Source: Thermoanaerobaculia bacterium (GTDB lineage Bacteria; Acidobacteriota; Thermoanaerobaculia; Multivoradales; UBA5704). From it: a DNA stretch of 64,000 nt. Position 1 is the first letter of the stretch. Every line of letters starts with the position of its first letter. This document shows, piece by piece, positions 51,201 to 64,000 of the stretch. The notes under the pieces were generated by a model. It had not been told where the DNA came from, did no database searches, and saw nothing but the letters and a program-made list of their open reading frames with translations. The DNA is taken from positions 4,270-68,269 of the forward strand of contig DATMER010000063.1 in the NCBI GenBank assembly GCA_035556715.1. The letters run 5' to 3'. The translations under genes were made by a program, and so were the position numbers.

Positions 51201-54200
51201 GCTCCGGAGCGACGATCTGGACCACCCGCGACTCGTCGACGAGAGAGAACGTAGTCCGCAGGGCCTCGTGGCGGCGGACGACCTCGTTCAAGGCATCGGC
51301 CAGCCGCGGGACCGACAGGGGTCCGCGCAGCCGCAGAATGGCCGGAATGTTGTAGGCCGCCCCGCCTTCGCCGAGCTGGTCGAGGAACCAGAGCCGCTCC
51401 TGGCCGAAGGACGCGGGCAGCTCGCCGGTCCTGGGGACCGGGACGATCGGCGGCGCCAACATCTCCCCACCCCGCCGCGTCGCCTCGACCCGCTCGGCCA
51501 GTCCGGCAATGGTCGGAGCCTCGAACAGCGCCCGCAGCGGAATCTCGACGCCGAGGGTCTTGCGGACGCGGGAGACCACCTGCGTGGCGAGCAGCGAGTG
51601 TCCGCCCAGCTCGAAGAAGCCGTCGTGGATCCCGACCTGGGAGCGGCCCAGCACCTCGGACCAGACCGCGGCGAGCAGCTCCTCCGTTGGAGTGCGCGGA
51701 GCGGCGAAGCCCTGGCTTGCCGCCTCGTCCCAGTCGGGATCGGGAAGCGCCCGGAGGTCTACCTTGCCGTTCTGGGTCAGGGGCAGGGCGTCCAGGACCA
51801 CGAAGGCCGAAGGGATCATGGCGGGGGGGAGGCGGGCGGCGAGGTAGGAGCGGAAGGCCCCCTCCCCGACCACGTACGCCACCAGCACCCGCTCACCGCC
51901 CCGCTCCCGCACCGTCACCACCGCCTCGCGAACCTCCGGGTGCCCGGACAGGACGGCCTCGATCTCCCCCAGCTCGATGCGGACGCCACGGATCTTGACC
52001 TGGTGGTCGATGCGGCCCAGGAACTCGATCTCGCCGTCGCTCTGGTGCCGGGCCAGGTCGCCGGTCCGGTAGAGCCGGCCCCCCGTCGAGAACGGATCGG
52101 GCACGAAGCTATCGGCGGTCAGGTCCGGCCGGCCGAGATAGCCGCGCGCCAGACCCTCGCCGCCCAGGCAGAGCTCTCCGGCCACGCCGGCCGGCAGCGG
52201 ACGGCCGCCGCGGTCCAGGATGTAGACCAGAGTCCCGTCCATGGGCCAGCCGATGGGTGGCGCGCCCTCCCCCGGAGAGACATCTCCCCAGGTGGCAACG
52301 ACCGAGCTCTCGGTGGGGCCGTAGTGGTTCACCAGGCGGAAGCGGTGACGGGCATCGGGGCGGCGGCGCAGGCGGTCGCCCCCCGCGAGGAGCGCGCGCA
52401 GACGGTGCTCCGGCCAGGGCTCGTCCAGCACCAGCTCGGCCATGGGCGTGGGCAGGAAGGCGAGCGTGATCCCGGCCTCGGCCAGCCAGGGGACCAGGGC
52501 CGCGGGATTGGCCCGCACCCCCTCGGGCGGGAAGACCATCGCCGCGCCCGAGGCCAGGTAGGGCCACAGCTCCCAGACCGAGGCGTCGAACCCCTCCCCC
52601 GCCATCTGTGGCGCCCGGTCGTCCGGCTTCACTCCATACGCCCGGCGGTGCCAGCGCACCAGGCTGAGCAGCCCGCGGTGCGGCACCTCCACCCCCTTGG
52701 GGCGGCCCGTCGATCCCGACGTGTAGATGACATAGGCGAGCTGCTCGCCCTCCACCCGGATGCCTGGGCTCGTGGACGGCCCCGCGGCGGCCGAATCGGA
52801 GAGCACCACCGGGGCGCCGCAGTCCTCCAGGGCCAGGGCGAGGCGGGGGTCTCCCGGATCGAGCGAGACGTAGATGCCGCCGGCCTTGAGCACCGCGAGC
52901 AGCGCCACCACCCGCTCCGGCGAATGGCGCATCACCACCGCCACCCGGGTTTCGGGCTTCACCCCCCGGGCGATGAGATCGTGCGCCAGCCGGTTGGCCC
53001 GGGCGTCCAGCTCCGAGTAGGAGACCGTCCCCTCTCCGGAGATCAGCGCCGGAGCGTCCGGCGTCCTCTCGGCCCACGCCTCGAACCATTCATGGACCGC
53101 ATCCGGTCCCCCAGGCTCCATGGACGTGGCGTTCCAATCCACGACCACCTGGCGGCGGGCTGCCTCGGTCAGCACAGGCAGCTCGCCGAGGGGGAGATCG
53201 GGATGAGCCGCCGCGCCCTCGATCAGCACCGCGAAGCACTCCAGCAGCCGGCCGGCCGCCGCGGCATCGAAGAGATCGGCGTCGTAGTCGATCCGCGCTC
53301 CCCGGCCGCGCTCGACCGACACGGCCAGATCGAGCTTCACTTGGCCGTGGTGGACCTCCAGCGGCTCCGTCTCCACACCCGCCAGCCGCAGCCCGCCCAG
53401 GCCATCCTGGAGGCCGAAGACGACCTGCACGACCGGATCGTGATCGAGGTTGCGGTCCGGCCGCAGGTCCTCGACGAGGCGCTCGAAGGGGAGGTCCTGG
53501 TGCGCGTAGGCCTCCAGGGCCACGGTCCGCACCCGGCCCAGCTGCTCGCGGAAGGACGGGTTTCCGGCCATGTCCGCGCGCAGCGCCAGGGTATTCACGA
53601 ACAGGCCGATCAGCCCCTCGGTCTCCTCGCCGGAGCGGTTGTCGATGGGCGTGCCCACGACCACGTCCGTCCGCCCCGAGAACGGGGTCAGGCGGAAGAG
53701 CAGGGCCTGGAAGGCGGCCAGGAGCGCCACGAACGGCGTGGCTCCCTCGCGCCGGCCCACCTCTTCCAGGGCCGGAGCAGCGGGCAGCGGCAGCGTCTGC
53801 CAGGCGCCCCGGTGCCCGCGGGCCGCCTGTCTCTGTCCTGCCATGGGCAGCTCCTGGACCGGCGGCGCATCCGCGAGCCGCTCCCGCCACCAGGCGAGCT
53901 GTGCCTCCATCTCCCCGCCCGCCAACTGCTCCCGCTGCCAGACCGCGAAGTCCGCGTACTGGATCGGCAGGTCCGGCAGCGCGATGGCGGCGATACCGCC
54001 GTATAGACTCCCCAGCTCGCGGGCGAAGATCGCCAGGGAGCGGCCGTCCCACACAAGGTGGTGGACGTTGACGAAGAGGACATGGTCATCCGGCCCCAGG
54101 CGCAGCAGCAGGGCGCGGAAGAGCGGCCCGCGCTCCAGGTCGAACGGCCGGGCCGCTTCCGCCGCCAGCGTCCTCCGGACCTCGGCCTCAGGCAGGTCGG

Positions 54201-54488
54201 CTATGGGCAGTGACCGTGGCAGGTGAGGATGGACGACCTGGACGGGCTCGTCCGCCTCCACCTCGAAGGTGGTGCGCAGGACCTCGTGCCGGGCCACGAT
54301 GCCGTCGAGAGCGCTCGCCAGGGCCGCGGGATCGAGCGGGCCACGCAGGCGCCACGCCGCGGGCACATTGTAGAGCGGCGTTCCCGGCTCCATCCGGTCC
54401 ACGAACCAGAGCCGGCGCTGGGCATACGAGACGGGGAGGACATAGACCTCGTCCTCCGATCCGGCGCCCTGCTGGAGAGGCTCCGCGA

Positions 54489-54492
<4 letters not shown>
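48295..54492 (-). CDS. Non-ribosomal peptide synthetase, two modules (C-A-T-C-A-T), 2065 aa
   Basis: Two C domains (HHLVWDG / MHHIVSDGWS), two A domains and two T domains (serines near 51600 and 48525). Hand-derived codes: DAWFLGHVVK, 9/10 to the Leu code DAWFLGNVVK; and DLFNTALTYK, 9/10 to an Ala code. Its GTG start overlaps the upstream stop as GTGA (54489-54492); its TGA stop overlaps the next ORF's start as GTGA (48295-48298). Confidence 0.9.
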
Positions 54493-62534
<8,042 letters not shown>

Positions 62535-62567
62535 GGCTCCCCTTCCTTTCGCCTCCGGAATGCGGCT

Positions 62568-62945
62568 CTACGAAGAGCCGCCGAGGAACCGGCGTACCTG
62601 TTCGGCCAGGACGACGCCGTTGAACTTGGTCTCCTTGGGCAGGCCCTGCTTCTCGATCCACATGAAGTAGGGCGGGACCGGCGGCTTCTCCTCCCACCGG
62701 ACCCCCGGCGGGAAGACCATGTACAAGTCATAGCCGGTCTCGTCGTCCACCACTCCCAGGACCTGCGCCCACGCGTCGGCGAGCACGTCGTCGTCCGTCC
62801 AGAAGTGGGTCGCCCGCGGGTCCGGCGCGTTGATCGTCACCTTGCGCGCATGGGCCTCTGAGTCCTCCTCCTCCATCGGCCCCCAGACCACGTACAGCCG
62901 TATGCGCGGATCGTCCATCGCCTTCATCACGTAGCGGGACACCAC
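62568..62945 (-). CDS. Hypothetical protein (125 aa) immediately upstream of, and co-oriented with, the first NRPS gene
   Basis: ORF with no recognisable motif. Checked against the MbtH signature (NPFDD…LVNxExQxSLWP) and it does not match. Its stop lies 33 bp before the NRPS start. Confidence 0.35.
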   Translation of the reverse strand: MVSRYVMKAMDDPRIRLYVVWGPMEEEDSEAHARKVTINAPDPRATHFWTDDDVLADAWAQVLGVVDDETGYDLYMVFPPGVRWEEKPPVPPYFMWIEKQGLPKETKFNGVVLAEQVRRFLGGSS

Positions 62946-62969
62946 CCGGGTGTCCTGGAGGCAGACCGG

Positions 62970-64000
62970 TCACGTGGGGGACAGGACGAGCACCAGGCGC
63001 AGCTTGTCCTGCTCGCGGTTGAAAAGCTCCTTCAGCTCATCGCCCCGGTCGGAGAGCATGCGCAGCTCCGGTGCCACCGGCGCCGGCCGGTCCGCTCCCG
63101 CCTCGGCGATCCGCTGGAGGGCGAAGTCGAACGTCTTGCCCTCCTCCAGGAACTTGCCGGCGATCGTCCGGCCGTCCGCGGACAGCTCACCCTCGAAGCG
63201 CGTGTCCACGGCCGCCACCGTTCCTTCGGCCGGACGGTGGATCTCGAACGAGACCTTGGAGCCCTGCACCGCCACGTTGCTCAGCGGCACGAACTGGAGC
63301 CCCTGCGTCGGCAGGTCGGCGCTGCCGGACCAGCCCGTGGCGCCCCCGTCGAACAGCTCGATCATCAGCTCGACCTCCAGCCAGCCCCGTTGAATGAAGA
63401 TGACTCCTTCCCACAGTGCCTCGGCGCTCGCCTTTCGGGACGGTGCTGTCGAAGACGAACTGGGAGGAGGAGCCGGAGAGGCAGGAGCTGCGGGCAGGAC
63501 GAAGGCGACCTTCTGTGGCTCACTGGTACACGAGGCGTCCAGCCCCTCCACGCTGCCTCGGGCCAGGAAAGCGCCCAGGATCTTCCGCACACAGGGCGAG
63601 CGGCCCGCGTGGGCGCCCCGGGGGAAGACCACGTGCTTCGCACGCGCGAGACCGCGCATCACCTGCTCGCCGTAGCGCGGCGGCGTCGCCGGATCGCGCT
63701 CGCCCGAGAGGAGGAGCACCGGAACCTCCGAGCGCACCTCTCCGGAGAAGCCGGCCGGGACCTTGCCCCGGGGCCAGACCGAGCAGGCCCGCACCTGCTG
63801 GTCCACCCGGTAGGTCCCCAGGAACGTGCCCTGCGCCAAGCGCTTCGCCTCCTCCGGGTCGAGGAACGGCACGTCCTCCGCGCAGGTCACCGAGAGCCAG
63901 GTCCCCAGGCTCAGGGCCGCGCCCGAGGCGATCACCCGGCGCTGGCGCAGGAGCGTGGCCGCGAGCTTCGAGAAATCCCCCTCGTGCGCCTTCCGGATGT
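62970..64000 (-). CDS. Alpha/beta-hydrolase (TAP-like / S33-type C-terminal region) with an extra C-terminal domain; N-terminus lies outside the window
   Basis: The reading frame stays open from 64000. The C-terminal hydrolase region carries …VPVLLLSGERDPATPP…VVFPRGAHAG… with a putative catalytic His. A Pro/Ser/Ala-rich linker (PAAPASPAPPPSSSSTAPS) follows, then a domain of about 170 aa. It is on the same strand as the NRPS genes. Confidence 0.5.
   Translation of the reverse strand, partial: IRKAHEGDFSKLAATLLRQRRVIASGAALSLGTWLSVTCAEDVPFLDPEEAKRLAQGTFLGTYRVDQQVRACSVWPRGKVPAGFSGEVRSEVPVLLLSGERDPATPPRYGEQVMRGLARAKHVVFPRGAHAGRSPCVRKILGAFLARGSVEGLDASCTSEPQKVAFVLPAAPASPAPPPSSSSTAPSRKASAEALWEGVIFIQRGWLEVELMIELFDGGATGWSGSADLPTQGLQFVPLSNVAVQGSKVSFEIHRPAEGTVAAVDTRFEGELSADGRTIAGKFLEEGKTFDFALQRIAEAGADRPAPVAPELRMLSDRGDELKELFNREQDKLRLVLVLSPT

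Noticed and set aside
62568-62945. MbtH-like protein upstream of the NRPS
   Set aside because: The sequence lacks the MbtH signature (NPFDD…GxFxVLxNxExQxSLWP and conserved Trp residues). It is retained only as a hypothetical protein.

Overview
This is a high-GC (about 70%) bacterial chromosomal segment. The gene content (11-subunit nuo operon, PilB ATPase, ECF sigma/anti-sigma/CHAT triad, very large NRPS genes) fits a Myxococcota-like Gram-negative genome; that placement is an inference. Positions 1-4604 carry a minus-strand complex I operon nuoA-B-C-D-H-I with no nuoEFG between nuoD and nuoH. Positions 4.7-22.4 kb hold mixed housekeeping and accessory genes: an AbiEii-like nucleotidyltransferase pair, a secreted HExxH protein, an S8 lipoprotein protease, an ECF sigma/anti-sigma/CHAT-TPR triad, a MidA-like methyltransferase, a GDPD phosphodiesterase, an array of nine 42-bp hairpin repeats, split hldA/hldC with a GT9 heptosyltransferase, a PilB/GspE ATPase, and an M20 peptidase. 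Positions 24,434-62,534 (38 kb, minus strand) encode a hybrid NRPS-PKS assembly line on three ORFs of 2681, 2065 and 7954 aa, joined by 4-nt overlaps (GTGA/ATGA type; all three ORFs use GTG starts). It has 11 NRPS modules and one minimal PKS module (KS-AT-ACP) ending in a TE. A CurM-type sulfotransferase domain is embedded directly after a Ser-specific module. Two A domains carry tandem-repeat low-complexity insertions between cores A8 and A9. A di-haem cytochrome c and the M20 peptidase follow immediately downstream on the same strand. A small hypothetical protein and an alpha/beta hydrolase lie upstream. The many long plus-strand ORFs across 24-62 kb are antisense artefacts of GC-rich coding sequence. 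All specificity codes are hand-derived and need computational confirmation.
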